Shown in pieces: positions 1 to 9,806 of a stretch of 56,184 nucleotides of DNA (position 1 is the stretch's first letter; every line of letters begins with the position of its first letter). The stretch is from contig JAZOOP010000066.1 of NCBI GenBank assembly GCA_045655065.1, forward strand, positions 1-56,184, read 5' to 3'. This DNA is from Christensenellaceae bacterium. GTDB lineage: Bacteria > Bacillota > Clostridia > Christensenellales > Borkfalkiaceae. The notes beneath the pieces were generated by a model. The model was not told the origin of the DNA. It did not search any database and saw only the letters and a program-made list of their open reading frames with translations. The position numbers and the translations under genes were made by a program.

Positions 1-153
1 ATTAGTTAACTTACTTTAATTATAATTTGGAACAAAAAGGTAAAGACTATGAGTATAACTAAAATTTATTTTATAAAAAAATTTTATAAAACGACTTCTT
101 GCTTCAACTCTATATTAAACACATACATAAATCGTTTTAATAGGAAGTGTTAT

Positions 154-372
154 ATGAGCAAAAAAGAATTAGAATTTAAAGACGTGTTAAAAGAATTTTT
201 AAAAGAATATTCTCTTACCCAAACTGCTTTTGCAAGTACTATTGGTGTTAAGCAAAGCCAAGTTAGCGAGTGGCTTAAAGGAAAATCTAAACCCGGTTAC
301 GATAGTTTGCGTTCAATGGTGCTTGCTTTTGGAATACCAGCAGAAGTGTTTCTTGGTTTAGAAAGTAATTAG
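154..372 (+). CDS. XRE-family helix-turn-helix transcriptional regulator (72 aa)
   Basis: The internal ATG at 154 follows AGGAAGTG. The motif LTQTAFASTIGVKQSQVSEWLKG is a typical Cro/CI HTH. The longer 49..372 ORF adds only a low-complexity N-terminus. Confidence 0.7.
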   Translation: MSKKELEFKDVLKEFLKEYSLTQTAFASTIGVKQSQVSEWLKGKSKPGYDSLRSMVLAFGIPAEVFLGLESN

Positions 373-394
373 TTATTATTATAAAACTTTAAAA

Positions 395-415
395 GCCCGT
401 ACAAAACGTACGGGC
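395..415. terminator. Bidirectional rho-independent terminator hairpin
   Basis: GCCCGTAC-aaaac-GTACGGGC forms an 8-bp stem, flanked by an A-run upstream and a T-run downstream. Confidence 0.6.
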
Positions 416-458
416 TTTTGTTTAACTTAAAAACTATTAAAAAATTTAAAATACCAAA

Positions 459-480
459 AGCCACCTATTATAAAGTGGCT
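459..480 (-). terminator. Terminator downstream of rpmF
   Basis: AGCCAC...GTGGCT stem. On the minus strand it is followed by TTTTGGTAT. Confidence 0.5.
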
Positions 481-517
481 TTATTTTTACAAAAAACTAT
501 TAGATTAAACTAAAAAA

Positions 518-712
518 TTAGTCTTGTTTTTCTTTCTTAGAAACGTCTATAATTTGTTTGCCATCGTAGAAACCACATTTTGGGCAAACTTTATGAGATG
601 CCTTTAGTTCGTGGCATTGTGGACATTCTGAAAGATTTGGAGCTGTTAATTTCCAATTTGCAAACCTAGTATTCGTTCTTTGTTTAGATGTTTTGCTTTG
701 TTGTACTGCCAT
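518..712 (-). CDS. rpmF: 50S ribosomal protein L32
   Basis: The MAVQQSKTSKQR start and the CPxC...CPKCG zinc-ribbon are the L32 signature. It lies downstream of yceD as in most Firmicutes. Confidence 0.95.
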   Translation of the reverse strand: MAVQQSKTSKQRTNTRFANWKLTAPNLSECPQCHELKASHKVCPKCGFYDGKQIIDVSKKEKQD

Positions 713-733
713 TTTTGTTTACCTTCCTATTCG

Positions 734-1168
734 TTATTTGCATTTGCACTCTTCTTCGTTAAGGTTTACACCACAACTAGCACAAATGCCCTTACAATCT
801 TCCTTACACAAAAAGTTAACGGGGTCGTTCATAATAATTCTGTCGTTAACAATTTTAGTTAGGTCTATAATATCGTTTTTAATTTCGTATCCTTCTAGAT
901 TATTCATTTCTAGTTCTTCATTAAATTCTACAACGAAATCTTTAGTAATGGTAGTTAAGCACCTAGTACAATCTGCTGTAATAGAATAGCTTATTTCCCC
1001 TTCTAAGTAAGCGCTATGCCTACCCGTTAGGAATACTTTTCCGTTTATTTTTATTAAAGATAAAGTTGCATCTGGCAAGCCAACCAAGCTTTCGGTTGGG
1101 ATATATTCAAAAAAGAAATTTTCTTCTTCTTTTCCACTTGCCCTAATTTTTTTAAGGTCTATTAACAT
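734..1168 (-). CDS. yceD: YceD/DUF177 family protein (23S rRNA accumulation protein)
   Basis: C-terminal CKEDCKGICASCGVNLNEEECKC motif, and the conserved position immediately upstream of rpmF. Confidence 0.85.
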   Translation of the reverse strand: MLIDLKKIRASGKEEENFFFEYIPTESLVGLPDATLSLIKINGKVFLTGRHSAYLEGEISYSITADCTRCLTTITKDFVVEFNEELEMNNLEGYEIKNDIIDLTKIVNDRIIMNDPVNFLCKEDCKGICASCGVNLNEEECKCK

Positions 1169-1244
1169 AATAATCTACAAAAATGCTTAACAAGTATATA
1201 CTATTTAATTTTTCTTGTCAACCTTTTTAATACGTTTTTTATAA

Positions 1245-2435
1245 TTAGCCAACTAAAGTTTTTGTTTCACGTGCAATAGATAATTCTTCGTTAGTTGGAA
1301 CTACTAAAATTTTAACAGGTGAATTATCTGCAGAAATTTCACCAATGCCACCCTTATAGGTATTATTTTTGTCTTCGTCTAAAATAGCGCCACAGTATTG
1401 CATATCTTCCATAACCATTTTTCTAATGTGTTTAGCGTTTTCGCCAATACCACCGGTAAACACAATTGCATCTGCACCACCTAAAACCGCTAGGTAACTA
1501 CCAACGTATTTTTTAACTCTGTATGCAACCATTTCTACTGCAAGTTTTGCTCTAAAATCGCCTTCTTCCATTTTAGCCGTGCAGTCACGCATATCTGAAG
1601 AAAAACCACTAATACCAAGCATACCACATTTTTTGTTTAAGTAGTTAACTACTTCTGCACTAGTTAAACCAACTTTTTCTCTTAAATATTCAACTGCTGC
1701 AGGGTCAATATCGCCACTTCTTGTGCCCATTACTAAACCTTCAAGTGGGGTAAAGCCCATAGAAGTATCTTGACATTTGCCGTCTTTAACAGCAGAAATA
1801 GAAGAGCCGTTACCTAAGTGGCAAATAATCATTTTAGCGTTTTTATCTTTTAGATATTTACCTGTTTCTTCACTAACGAACTTATGAGAAGTGCCGTGGA
1901 AACCATATTTTCTAATTTTGAATTCTTCGTAAACTTCGTAAGGAATAGCATACATAAACGCTTTGTCTGGCATTGTAGAGTGGAAAGTCGTATCAAATAC
2001 GGCAACCATAGGAACGCCAGGCATAACTTGCATACAACTCTTTATGCAAGAGATGTTGCCAGGCATATGTAGTGGGCCGAAAACTGCGTTCTTTTCGCAA
2101 ATTTTAATAACTTCTTCGTCAATTACTACTGAAGAATTAAAATCTTCTGCAGAGTGAAGAACCCTGTGCCCTACTGCACTAATTTCGCTAACAGATTTTA
2201 AAGCGCCTTTTTCTTCATCTAGCATAGCCTTTAAAACAAGTTCCATTGCTTCTTTATGAGAAGGCATATCTTGTTCAATAAAAAGTTCTCTCTTGTCAAA
2301 AGTTTTTTGTGTTAAACAACTACCTTTTGCAGTAATTCTTTCGCAAAGACCTTTAATTAAAACTTGTTCGTTTTCCATATCAATAAGTTGATATTTAAGT
2401 GAAGAACTACCTGCATTTATAACTAAAATTTTCAT
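1245..2435 (-). CDS. ackA: Acetate kinase
   Basis: MKILVINAGSSSLKYQL N-terminus, HRVLH, FHGTSH and GGIGEN motifs. Confidence 0.95.
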   Translation of the reverse strand: MKILVINAGSSSLKYQLIDMENEQVLIKGLCERITAKGSCLTQKTFDKRELFIEQDMPSHKEAMELVLKAMLDEEKGALKSVSEISAVGHRVLHSAEDFNSSVVIDEEVIKICEKNAVFGPLHMPGNISCIKSCMQVMPGVPMVAVFDTTFHSTMPDKAFMYAIPYEVYEEFKIRKYGFHGTSHKFVSEETGKYLKDKNAKMIICHLGNGSSISAVKDGKCQDTSMGFTPLEGLVMGTRSGDIDPAAVEYLREKVGLTSAEVVNYLNKKCGMLGISGFSSDMRDCTAKMEEGDFRAKLAVEMVAYRVKKYVGSYLAVLGGADAIVFTGGIGENAKHIRKMVMEDMQYCGAILDEDKNNTYKGGIGEISADNSPVKILVVPTNEELSIARETKTLVG

Positions 2436-2457
2436 TTTTTATATACTTCCTTTTTTA

Positions 2458-3492
2458 TTATTTTGCTTGAAGAGCAGTTATAGCAACTACTGCCTTAATA
2501 TCTTCTACTGAACAACCACGAGAAAGGTCGTTAATAGGTTTTGCAAAGCCTTGACAAATTGGGCCAAGTGCTAAATATCCACCAAAACGTTGTGCAATTT
2601 TGTAACCTATGTTACCTGCATTTATGTTAGGGAATACAAATACGTTTGCATTACCTGCTACTTTAGAATCTGGTGCTTTTAGTTTGCCAACTTCTGGCGC
2701 AACCGCTGCGTCAAATTGGAATTCACCGTCAACAATAAGTTCTGGTGCTTTTTCTTTTGCAATTTTTGTTGCTTCTTGCATTTTTGGAACAGACTTAAAG
2801 AACTTATCGTCGTTACCACTACCCATTGTTGAGAAAGAAAGCATTGCAACTCTTGGTTCTATACCAGCAATAGATTTTGCAGTTTCTGCAGAAGAAATAG
2901 CAATATCTGCTAATTGGTTTGCATCTGGTTCAATGTTAATAGCACAGTCTGCAAATACGGCAACGCCATCTGGATTATATATATTTTCTCTTGGAGCAAC
3001 CATTACGAAACTAGAAGAAATGGTTTGAACACCAGGTGCAGTTTTAATAACTTGTAGTCCTGGGCGAAGTGTGTTTGCCGTTGAGTGACAAGCACCAGAA
3101 ACCAACCCGTCTACGTCGCCTGCCTTTAGCATCAATGCGCCGTACATAGTGTAATCTTTTAATATGCTTGCTTTAGCATCTTCTACCGTAGGGTATTCTG
3201 GAAGATTAGTCTTTTTGTTGATTTTACCTTCCCTTGCCTTAAACAAAATTTCTGCATACTTAATAGTTCTTTCATCTGTTTCAGGGTCTACAATAATAAC
3301 GCCATCTAGGTTAACGCCAGGGTTGTTTTCTTTAATTTTTGCTGGATTACCAATTAGGGTTACCGTTGCTAATTTTTCTTTAGTAACTTCTTCAGCCGCT
3401 TTAACTACACGGCTATCTTCCCCTTCTGGAAGAACTATGTTTTTGTTAAGTTCGCTTGCTTTTTTTGTAATTTGCTCTAAAACTGTTGACAT
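2458..3492 (-). CDS. pta: Phosphate acetyltransferase
   Basis: PTA_PTB family sequence (IVLPEGEDSRVVKAA, SRGCSVEDI). Start moved to the ATG at 3492 (MSTVLEQI), which is preceded by GAAGGTG. The longer ORF to 3600 adds a non-homologous leader. Confidence 0.92.
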   Translation of the reverse strand: MSTVLEQITKKASELNKNIVLPEGEDSRVVKAAEEVTKEKLATVTLIGNPAKIKENNPGVNLDGVIIVDPETDERTIKYAEILFKAREGKINKKTNLPEYPTVEDAKASILKDYTMYGALMLKAGDVDGLVSGACHSTANTLRPGLQVIKTAPGVQTISSSFVMVAPRENIYNPDGVAVFADCAINIEPDANQLADIAISSAETAKSIAGIEPRVAMLSFSTMGSGNDDKFFKSVPKMQEATKIAKEKAPELIVDGEFQFDAAVAPEVGKLKAPDSKVAGNANVFVFPNINAGNIGYKIAQRFGGYLALGPICQGFAKPINDLSRGCSVEDIKAVVAITALQAK

Positions 3493-3676
3493 TTTCACAC
3501 CTTCTTCAATATTTTTAATAAAACGCTTTATTTTTTTACAAAAATGTAATAAAATAAATATAGTATATTTACTATTTATTATTCTACAACAATTTTTCAA
3601 AAAAGTAAACTAACAAAGGCTTAAAAATTAAGTTTTTTAACATTTTTAACCATATTAATAGTTTTTAGGAGAACAA

Positions 3677-4849
3677 ATGAAAGTTTGTGCGTTTATAACT
3701 GAATATAACCCACTACACCTTGGGCATATTAAGCACATTAAATATATGAAAGAAACTTTAAAAGCAGACAAGTTGGTTTGCATAATGAGTGGTAACTTTA
3801 CCCAACGTGGCGAAGCAAGTGTTTTAAATAAATATACCCGTGCAAAACAAGCCATAAACGCAGGCGCAGATATAGTGCTAGAATTACCTACCGTTTTTGC
3901 AATATCTAATGCAGAAATTTTTGCTAAAGGCGCTATTAGTATTCTAAACAAACTTAGCATTGTAGATACTTTGTGTTTTGGTGTAGAGAGTGGCGAAAAA
4001 GAAGATTATTTAGCCCTTGCAAAAGAGTTAAATAACGAAAGTAAAGAGTTTAAGAAAACCCTAAAAACTTATTTAGATAGTGGCGTTTCCTTTGCAAAAG
4101 CAAAGTTTTTAACGGTTAAAAGTTTAACTAACGTTGCCTTTGATGAAAACTTAGTAAATTCGCCAAATAATATATTAGGAATAGAATATGCTAGAGCCTT
4201 ATTACAATGTAATTCTAATATAGAAATTTGCCCTATGTTAAGGCTTGGAGACCACAACGATATTACCTATAAAAAAGGCATTACAAGTGCTTCTAGCATA
4301 AGAAATATGCTAAAATTAGGCAAAAAAAGAAAGGTTAAAAGTAGTTTGCCTAATTTCGTTTATAAAGAACTTAAACCATACCCTTTTGCCTTTGATAAGT
4401 TAATTATGGCATCTATATTAACTTCTTCGCAAGAAGAAATTGCAAGCATTTACGACTGCACCGAAGGGCTAGAAAACAGAATAAAAGCACTTGCTACCGA
4501 CAACCTTTGTTTAGAAGATTTTATAGAAAAAGTTAGCACAAAAAGGTATACTCAAGCAAGAATTAGAAGAATACTTATTGCTAACCTTCTTAAAGTTAGC
4601 AAGGGGCTTATAGACAGCGCTCTTTCTAACGATTTATATGCAAAAGTTTTAGCAATTTCTAACGATAGTAAAGACCTAATTTCAATCATAAACGGCAAAA
4701 GCAGTATTCCACTTTTAACTAGAAAAAGCGACTGCGAAAAACTGAAAAAAACCGCAAAACTTTGCTTTGAAAAAGACGTTTTGGCAAACGACCTTTATTC
4801 CCTAGTAACAAACGAAAAAAGCAATGAATACCAAACGTTATTCGTTTAA
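3677..4849 (+). CDS. tmcAL: tRNA(Met) cytidine acetate ligase / YlbM-type nucleotidyltransferase (UPF0348)
   Basis: ITEYNPLHLGHIKHI HxGH-type nucleotidyltransferase motif, and the ~390 aa length typical of the YlbM/TmcAL family. Confidence 0.8.
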   Translation: MKVCAFITEYNPLHLGHIKHIKYMKETLKADKLVCIMSGNFTQRGEASVLNKYTRAKQAINAGADIVLELPTVFAISNAEIFAKGAISILNKLSIVDTLCFGVESGEKEDYLALAKELNNESKEFKKTLKTYLDSGVSFAKAKFLTVKSLTNVAFDENLVNSPNNILGIEYARALLQCNSNIEICPMLRLGDHNDITYKKGITSASSIRNMLKLGKKRKVKSSLPNFVYKELKPYPFAFDKLIMASILTSSQEEIASIYDCTEGLENRIKALATDNLCLEDFIEKVSTKRYTQARIRRILIANLLKVSKGLIDSALSNDLYAKVLAISNDSKDLISIINGKSSIPLLTRKSDCEKLKKTAKLCFEKDVLANDLYSLVTNEKSNEYQTLFV

Positions 4850-4885
4850 AATTAAATTAAAACAATACCAAGTGAGATAAAAATT

Positions 4886-6013
4886 TTGAAAATAGCACTA
4901 TTTACAGAAAGTTTTCTACCCGGCTGTGGCGGAACGGAAAACGCCGTATTAAAAACTGCATACGAGTTGGTTAACAAAGGGCACGAAGTTGCCGTTTTTG
5001 CCCCAGATTACCATAGGGCTAATAACGATAACGAATACCCTTTTAACGTTATTAGAAGTAAAAGTATTAAAATTACCGAAAGCGATATGTTTGCCATACC
5101 TAACCTAGATAAAAAGTTTAAGTTAGAAGTAAAAAAGTTTGCTCCAAACGTTATACACATTCACACAGTAGGTATGATGGCAGATTACGGCTTAAAATAC
5201 GGCAAAAAATATAACGTACCAACTATTTGCACTGCACATATGCCATATAAAAGAAGTTGGCAACAAACCATAAACTTTCCACCCGTTATTTGGTGGGTTA
5301 TGCGTAGAATTATTAAAAGGTTGCGCCTAACCACCCAAGTTTGCACGGTTTCTAATTTTATGGTTAAAGAACTGCAATCTTACGGGTATAAAAAGCCTAT
5401 TATCGTAATTAAGAACGGCAATACCGATAACGTTTTTGAAGAAAAAGCCTATGCCTCTAACGAAAAATTTACTCTAACCTACGTAGGTAGAATTGTTAAA
5501 TATAAGAATTTAGATTTTGTTTTTGAAGTAGTTAAAGAATTAAGTAAAAAAACTAATAACTTTGTACTTCGTATGGTTGGCGACGGCCCAGATTTTAAAA
5601 AATATACAAAAAAATGCAAGAAAATGGGCATAGAAAACTACGTTGAATTTGTTGGAAGAATTACCGATAGAGAAAAACTTGGCAAAGAGTATAAAAAAGC
5701 AGACGTTTTCTTTTTCCCAAGTGTTATAGATAGCGACGGATTGGGCTTATTAGAATCAGCAACCAAGGGAACTCCTTCACTAGTAGTAGAAAATACAGGA
5801 CCTTCCGAAAGAGTTATAAACAACCAAACAGGCTTTATTGCTGAAAACAACGTTAAGGATTTTGTAGATAAAATTATATACCTTATGAGCAACCCAACAA
5901 TAGTAGAAAACGTTGGTAAAAACAGCAAGAAACTTTGCACGACTTGGGAAGATAACGTAGCAAAATACATAGAAATTTATAGTCAACTTATTAATGCTAA
6001 AAAGAATAAATAA
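4886..6013 (+). CDS. GT4-family glycosyltransferase (possible glycolipid synthase)
   Basis: TTG start. N-terminal FTESFLPGCGGTENAV and C-terminal FFFPSxxDSDGLGLLES (E-x7-E-like) GT-B/GT4 signatures. Confidence 0.8.
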   Translation: MKIALFTESFLPGCGGTENAVLKTAYELVNKGHEVAVFAPDYHRANNDNEYPFNVIRSKSIKITESDMFAIPNLDKKFKLEVKKFAPNVIHIHTVGMMADYGLKYGKKYNVPTICTAHMPYKRSWQQTINFPPVIWWVMRRIIKRLRLTTQVCTVSNFMVKELQSYGYKKPIIVIKNGNTDNVFEEKAYASNEKFTLTYVGRIVKYKNLDFVFEVVKELSKKTNNFVLRMVGDGPDFKKYTKKCKKMGIENYVEFVGRITDREKLGKEYKKADVFFFPSVIDSDGLGLLESATKGTPSLVVENTGPSERVINNQTGFIAENNVKDFVDKIIYLMSNPTIVENVGKNSKKLCTTWEDNVAKYIEIYSQLINAKKNK

Positions 6014-6023
6014 CCCTAATATT

Positions 6024-6052
6024 AAAAGCCGTTAGTTTTTCTAACGGCTTTT
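6024..6052 (+). terminator. Terminator of the glycosyltransferase gene
   Basis: AAAAGCCGTTAG-ttttt-CTAACGGCTTTT perfect stem followed by a T-run. Confidence 0.75.
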
Positions 6053-6080
6053 TACTTTTTATTTAGCAATTTAAAAATAA

Positions 6081-6106
6081 AAAACTGCTGTTAATACAGC
6101 AGTTTT
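6081..6106 (-). terminator. Terminator downstream of rplL
   Basis: CTGCTGT-taat-ACAGCAG stem extended by A/T pairs. T-runs lie on both strands. Confidence 0.7.
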
Positions 6107-6125
6107 CTTTTTTTGTTTGTTGAAA

Positions 6126-6500
6126 TTATTCAGCAACAGCAGTAGCGCCAACTTCTTTGAATTTAGCAATGATTTGGTCAGCTTCTTCTTTGCTAACGTT
6201 TTCTTTAATTGTTGCACCAGCAACAGCTAAAGCTTTAGATTCAATTAGACCTAAACCAGTGATGTCTTTAACGGTTTTAATAACCTTAACGCCACCATCG
6301 CCAACTTCTTTAAGAACTACTTTGAATTCTGTTTTTTCTTCAGCAGCTGGAGCTTCAGCAGCAGCTACAGGAGCAGCAGCAACAGCTACAGGTGCAGCAG
6401 CACTTACTCCAAATTCTTCTTCTAAAGCCTTAACTAATTCGTTTAGTTCTAATACTGTCATACTTTTAACTTCTTCTAACATTTTTTGAATGTCTGCCAT
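6126..6500 (-). CDS. rplL: 50S ribosomal protein L7/L12
   Basis: [37 protein letters not shown] and an Ala-rich hinge. Start set at the ATG at 6500, preceded by GGAGGA. Confidence 0.95.
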   Translation of the reverse strand: MADIQKMLEEVKSMTVLELNELVKALEEEFGVSAAAPVAVAAAPVAAAEAPAAEEKTEFKVVLKEVGDGGVKVIKTVKDITGLGLIESKALAVAGATIKENVSKEEADQIIAKFKEVGATAVAE

Positions 6501-6566
6501 TTTTCTATCCTCCAAATTATCTTTAATTTAAATTTTTTATTTTTTTATTTTTTGTTTTTTAAGCGA

Positions 6567-7088
6567 TTACGCTTGTTTTTCAGCAATTGCGTTTAGGGCA
6601 ATTACTAGGCTACGTGGCATAGCTGAAAGTACGCCAACGAAGTTTGCAATAGGTGCTTGTAATGAACCAAGCATTTTTGCAATAAGTTCTTCTTTGCTAG
6701 GCATTGCAGCTAGTGCTTTAACACCATTTTCGTCTACTCTAGCGCCTTCTACGAAAGCACTTTTAACGATAACTTTATCTTGATATTTTTTTGCTGCTTC
6801 AACGATAGCTTTTGCAGCACCGGTTTCATCCGTACCAAATGCAACAGCGGTTGGGCCGTTCAAATCGTCGTTAAAATCGGTAATTCCTAAAGATTCAAAC
6901 GCTTTACTAATAAGGGTGTTTTTGTAAACCTTATATTCAACGTTGTTCTTTCTAAATTCTCTACGAAGTTCAGTATCTTCTGCAACGGTAAGACCGCTAA
7001 ACTTTACGAATACAACTGACTTAGCTTCTTGAATTTTTTCTTTAATAACGCTTGATAATTCTATTCTTGCTTGTTTACTTGCCGACAT
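6567..7088 (-). CDS. rplJ: 50S ribosomal protein L10
   Basis: L10 family sequence. Start set at the ATG at 7088 (MSASKQARIE), preceded by GGAGGTAATAAA. Confidence 0.95.
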   Translation of the reverse strand: MSASKQARIELSSVIKEKIQEAKSVVFVKFSGLTVAEDTELRREFRKNNVEYKVYKNTLISKAFESLGITDFNDDLNGPTAVAFGTDETGAAKAIVEAAKKYQDKVIVKSAFVEGARVDENGVKALAAMPSKEELIAKMLGSLQAPIANFVGVLSAMPRSLVIALNAIAEKQA

Positions 7089-7246
7089 TTTATTACCTCC
7101 TTTATTTAATGAAAAAGCCCTTGCACACCAAACGGAATACAAGGGCATAAAAATACTATTTTTACACTAAAGATTTCCGCCTCGGTGGGTTTGCTAAAAG
7201 CAATTACATAATACCTACTGTCTTGGGCTATTTAATTTACGTTGTG
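7089..7246 (-). promoter_or_regulatory. rplJ (L10) leader with terminator-type attenuator
   Basis: A ~150-nt structured 5' UTR lies between a consensus promoter and rplJ. It ends in GCCCTTG...CAAGGGC (7117-7146) plus TTTTT just before the RBS, as in Firmicute L10 leaders. No covariance search was run. Confidence 0.55.
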
Positions 7247-7275
7247 ATTATAACACTCTTTTACAAGATTGTCAA
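7247..7275 (-). promoter_or_regulatory. Sigma-A promoter for rplJL
   Basis: Minus-strand TTGACA (7275-7270), a 17-nt spacer, then TATAAT (7252-7247). Confidence 0.65.
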
Positions 7276-7962
7276 CTAAATTTTAGCATTAATTTTAACA
7301 CCAGGGCCCATTGTACTAGCAATAGCAACACTCTTAACGTATTGGCCTTTTGCTGCAGCTGGTTTAGCCTTAACGATGGCATCTATTAATGCTTCATAGT
7401 TTTCTTTAATCTTTTCTTTGCCAAAACTCTTCTTACCAATTGGGCAGTGAATAATAGCAGTTTTATCTAATCTGTATTCAACTTTACCTGCTTTAGTATC
7501 TTTAATAGCTTTAGCAACGTCCATAGTAACCGTACCACTCTTTGGGTTTGGCATTAAACCTTTAGGACCTAAAAGTTTACCAATACGGCCAACTAAACCC
7601 ATCATATCTGGGGTGGTGATAATTACGTCGTAATCAAACCAGTTTTCAGTTTGAATTTTTTGTATCATTTCTTCTGCACCAACAAAATCTGCACCAGCTT
7701 CTTTAGCAATATCTGCTTTTTCGCCTTTAGCAAGAACTAAAACCTTAACGTCTTTACCTGTTCCGTTAGGAAGAACTAAAACGCCCCTAACTTGTTGGTC
7801 TGCTTGTTTAGGGTCTACACCTAAACGAACGTGAAGTTCAATAGTTTCGTCAAACTTTGCTTTTGCCGTATCTAAAACTAAACCAATAGCTTCTTCAACT
7901 TCGTATAATTTTGTTGATTCTATGTTTTTTACACTATCTATATATTTTTTTCCGTGTTTCAT
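7276..7962 (-). CDS. rplA: 50S ribosomal protein L1
   Basis: The MKHGKKY start and full-length L1 sequence, in the conserved rplK-rplA order. Confidence 0.95.
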   Translation of the reverse strand: MKHGKKYIDSVKNIESTKLYEVEEAIGLVLDTAKAKFDETIELHVRLGVDPKQADQQVRGVLVLPNGTGKDVKVLVLAKGEKADIAKEAGADFVGAEEMIQKIQTENWFDYDVIITTPDMMGLVGRIGKLLGPKGLMPNPKSGTVTMDVAKAIKDTKAGKVEYRLDKTAIIHCPIGKKSFGKEKIKENYEALIDAIVKAKPAAAKGQYVKSVAIASTMGPGVKINAKI

Positions 7963-8012
7963 TGAATTTACCTCCCGTGGTACTACCGGGTGTTACCCCT
8001 CCCACATAAAAT

Positions 8013-8438
8013 TTAATCTACTACTTCTACACCCATACTTCTTGCTGTGCCACGAATCATACTGATTGCGCTTTCAAGAGTATTTGCGTTCAAGTCTGGC
8101 ATTTTTAACTTTGCAATTTCTTCTACTTGAGCTGCTGTAATTTTAGCAACCTTGTTTTTGTTAGGTGTTGCACTTGCAGATTCAATACCACAAGCTTTCT
8201 TAATTAGAACCGGTGCTGGTGGTGTTTTTAGAATAAAAGTGAAAGAACGGTCTTGATAAATGGTCATAACAACCGGAATAATCAAACCTGCCTTGTCTTG
8301 TGTCTTAGCATTAAATTCCTTTGTGAACCCTGGGATATTAATTCCGTGAGGACCTAGGGTTGAACCAACAGGTGGACCTGGCGTTGCCTTACCTGCAGGC
8401 AATTGCAATTTAACGATAGCTGTAACTTTTTTTGCCAT
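8013..8438 (-). CDS. rplK: 50S ribosomal protein L11
   Basis: [25 protein letters not shown] is the canonical L11 N-terminus. Confidence 0.95.
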   Translation of the reverse strand: MAKKVTAIVKLQLPAGKATPGPPVGSTLGPHGINIPGFTKEFNAKTQDKAGLIIPVVMTIYQDRSFTFILKTPPAPVLIKKACGIESASATPNKNKVAKITAAQVEEIAKLKMPDLNANTLESAISMIRGTARSMGVEVVD

Positions 8439-8553
8439 AATTAATTTCCTCCGTTCGTGGTAATATCGTTGTAATAAGAGATAGATTTTGTTACAACTCC
8501 CACTTTATATACAAGGTTAATAACCTTCGTACTCTAATAATTTATTGTTTTAT

Positions 8554-9084
8554 TTATGCGTTTATTTTTTTAACTTGAGCAAAGGTAACTTCTACTTCGG
8601 TTGAACGGCCGAACATTTCTACGTTAACCATTGCCTTTTGCGTGTTTTCGTTCATTGAAATAATTTTACCACAGAAAGATTCTAATGGACCAGAAACTAT
8701 TTGAACTTCGTCGCCAACAACAAAATCTGCATTTATAACTACTTTTACTAAGCCCATTCTAGCAACTTCTTCTTCGGTTAGTGGTAGTGGCCTACCTTGT
8801 GGACCAACGAACCCCGTTACACCCCTAGTGTTAGTAACTAAATACCATATGTCGTTAGAATATATCATTTTTAAGAAAACGTAGCAAGGAAATTTTTTTC
8901 TTTCAACAATTTTCTTTTTGCCGTTAGCCTTTTCTTCTAAGGTTTCTTCGGTAGGAATTTGTATTTCAAAAATATTTTCTTGCAAGTTGTTGTTTTCTAT
9001 AAGTTTTTCTAGGCTATCTTTAACCATTGCTTCATAGCCAGAATACGTGTGTATAACGTACCACTTTGCTTCTTCTATTGCCAT
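8554..9084 (-). CDS. nusG: Transcription termination/antitermination factor NusG
   Basis: WYVIHTYSGYE NGN domain and a C-terminal KOW (GDEVQIVSGPLESFCGKI), in the secE-nusG-rplK context. Confidence 0.95.
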   Translation of the reverse strand: MAIEEAKWYVIHTYSGYEAMVKDSLEKLIENNNLQENIFEIQIPTEETLEEKANGKKKIVERKKFPCYVFLKMIYSNDIWYLVTNTRGVTGFVGPQGRPLPLTEEEVARMGLVKVVINADFVVGDEVQIVSGPLESFCGKIISMNENTQKAMVNVEMFGRSTEVEVTFAQVKKINA

Positions 9085-9093
9085 ATTAACTCC

Positions 9094-9402
9094 TTAACCT
9101 TTAGGTGAAACCAATTTTAATAGTTCGTAAAGACCAAAGTCAAATGCAGTAATAATAACAAGGAACAACAAAACAACGGCAAGAACTACCCCCGTTTGTT
9201 TTACTACCTTAGAAAAGTTTGGCCAATTTACCTTTTTAAGTTCAGAGAACACGTCTTTTATTTTTGTACCAATTCTAGAAAAAAAGCCAGGCTTTCCACT
9301 TTTCTTAGCATATTGAGCCTTTTTATTATTCTTTTCTTTTAAGTTGTTGTTTCCTGTAGCAACGTTGCTGTTGTCTACTGAAAGTTTTTTATTCTTTACC
9401 AT
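9094..9402 (-). CDS. secE: Preprotein translocase subunit SecE (with N-terminal Lys/Asn-rich extension)
   Basis: SELKKVNWP motif followed by a single TM helix. It sits between rpmG and nusG. The exact start is uncertain. Confidence 0.85.
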   Translation of the reverse strand: MVKNKKLSVDNSNVATGNNNLKEKNNKKAQYAKKSGKPGFFSRIGTKIKDVFSELKKVNWPNFSKVVKQTGVVLAVVLLFLVIITAFDFGLYELLKLVSPKG

Positions 9403-9430
9403 TCAAAAACCCCTTTTACTTAAACGAAAA

Positions 9431-9468
9431 CTGCACAAAGAAAAATTATTTTGCTTCTTTGTGTGCAG
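9431..9468 (-). terminator. Hairpin/attenuator overlapping the rpmG stop codon
   Basis: Minus-strand CUGCACACAAAGAAG...CUUCUUUGUGCAG imperfect stem followed by UUUUCGUUU, located between rpmG and secE. Confidence 0.5.
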
Positions 9469-9610
9469 TATGCTTTTTGCAGAATTTGCAGTATTTTTGC
9501 ATTTCTAACCTTTCTGCATCGTTTTTCTTGTTTTTAAAAGTGTCGTAATTTCTTTGTTTACATTCTGTACAAGCTAATGTAATTTTAGCTCTTGCTCCTT
9601 TTGCAGCCAT
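9446..9610 (-). CDS. rpmG: 50S ribosomal protein L33 (54 aa; absent from the ORF track because it is under 60 aa)
   Basis: My own translation of the minus strand gives [54 protein letters not shown]. It has the CxxC...CxxC L33 zinc-ribbon and the conserved position upstream of secE. Confidence 0.9.
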   Translation of the reverse strand: MAAKGARAKITLACTECKQRNYDTFKNKKNDAERLEMQKYCKFCKKHTAHKEAK

Positions 9611-9665
9611 TTTATCACCTTCTGAACATCAAAAAATTAACACCCCGACTCCGAAGTGCTAACTT

Positions 9666-9694
9666 ATTTTAACAAATAACTTCTATAATGTCAA
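9666..9694 (-). promoter_or_regulatory. Sigma-A promoter for rpmG-secE-nusG
   Basis: Minus-strand TTGACA (9694-9689), a 17-nt spacer, then TAAAAT (9671-9666). Confidence 0.6.
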
Positions 9695-9806
9695 GGTTTT
9701 TTACTTGTTTTTACACATTTTTAACAATTTTTTGCCACTTTTTTAAATAAACTTTTTACGCCATAGAAAAAGCACAATATATTGTATTTTTATTAACCTT
9801 TTTACA

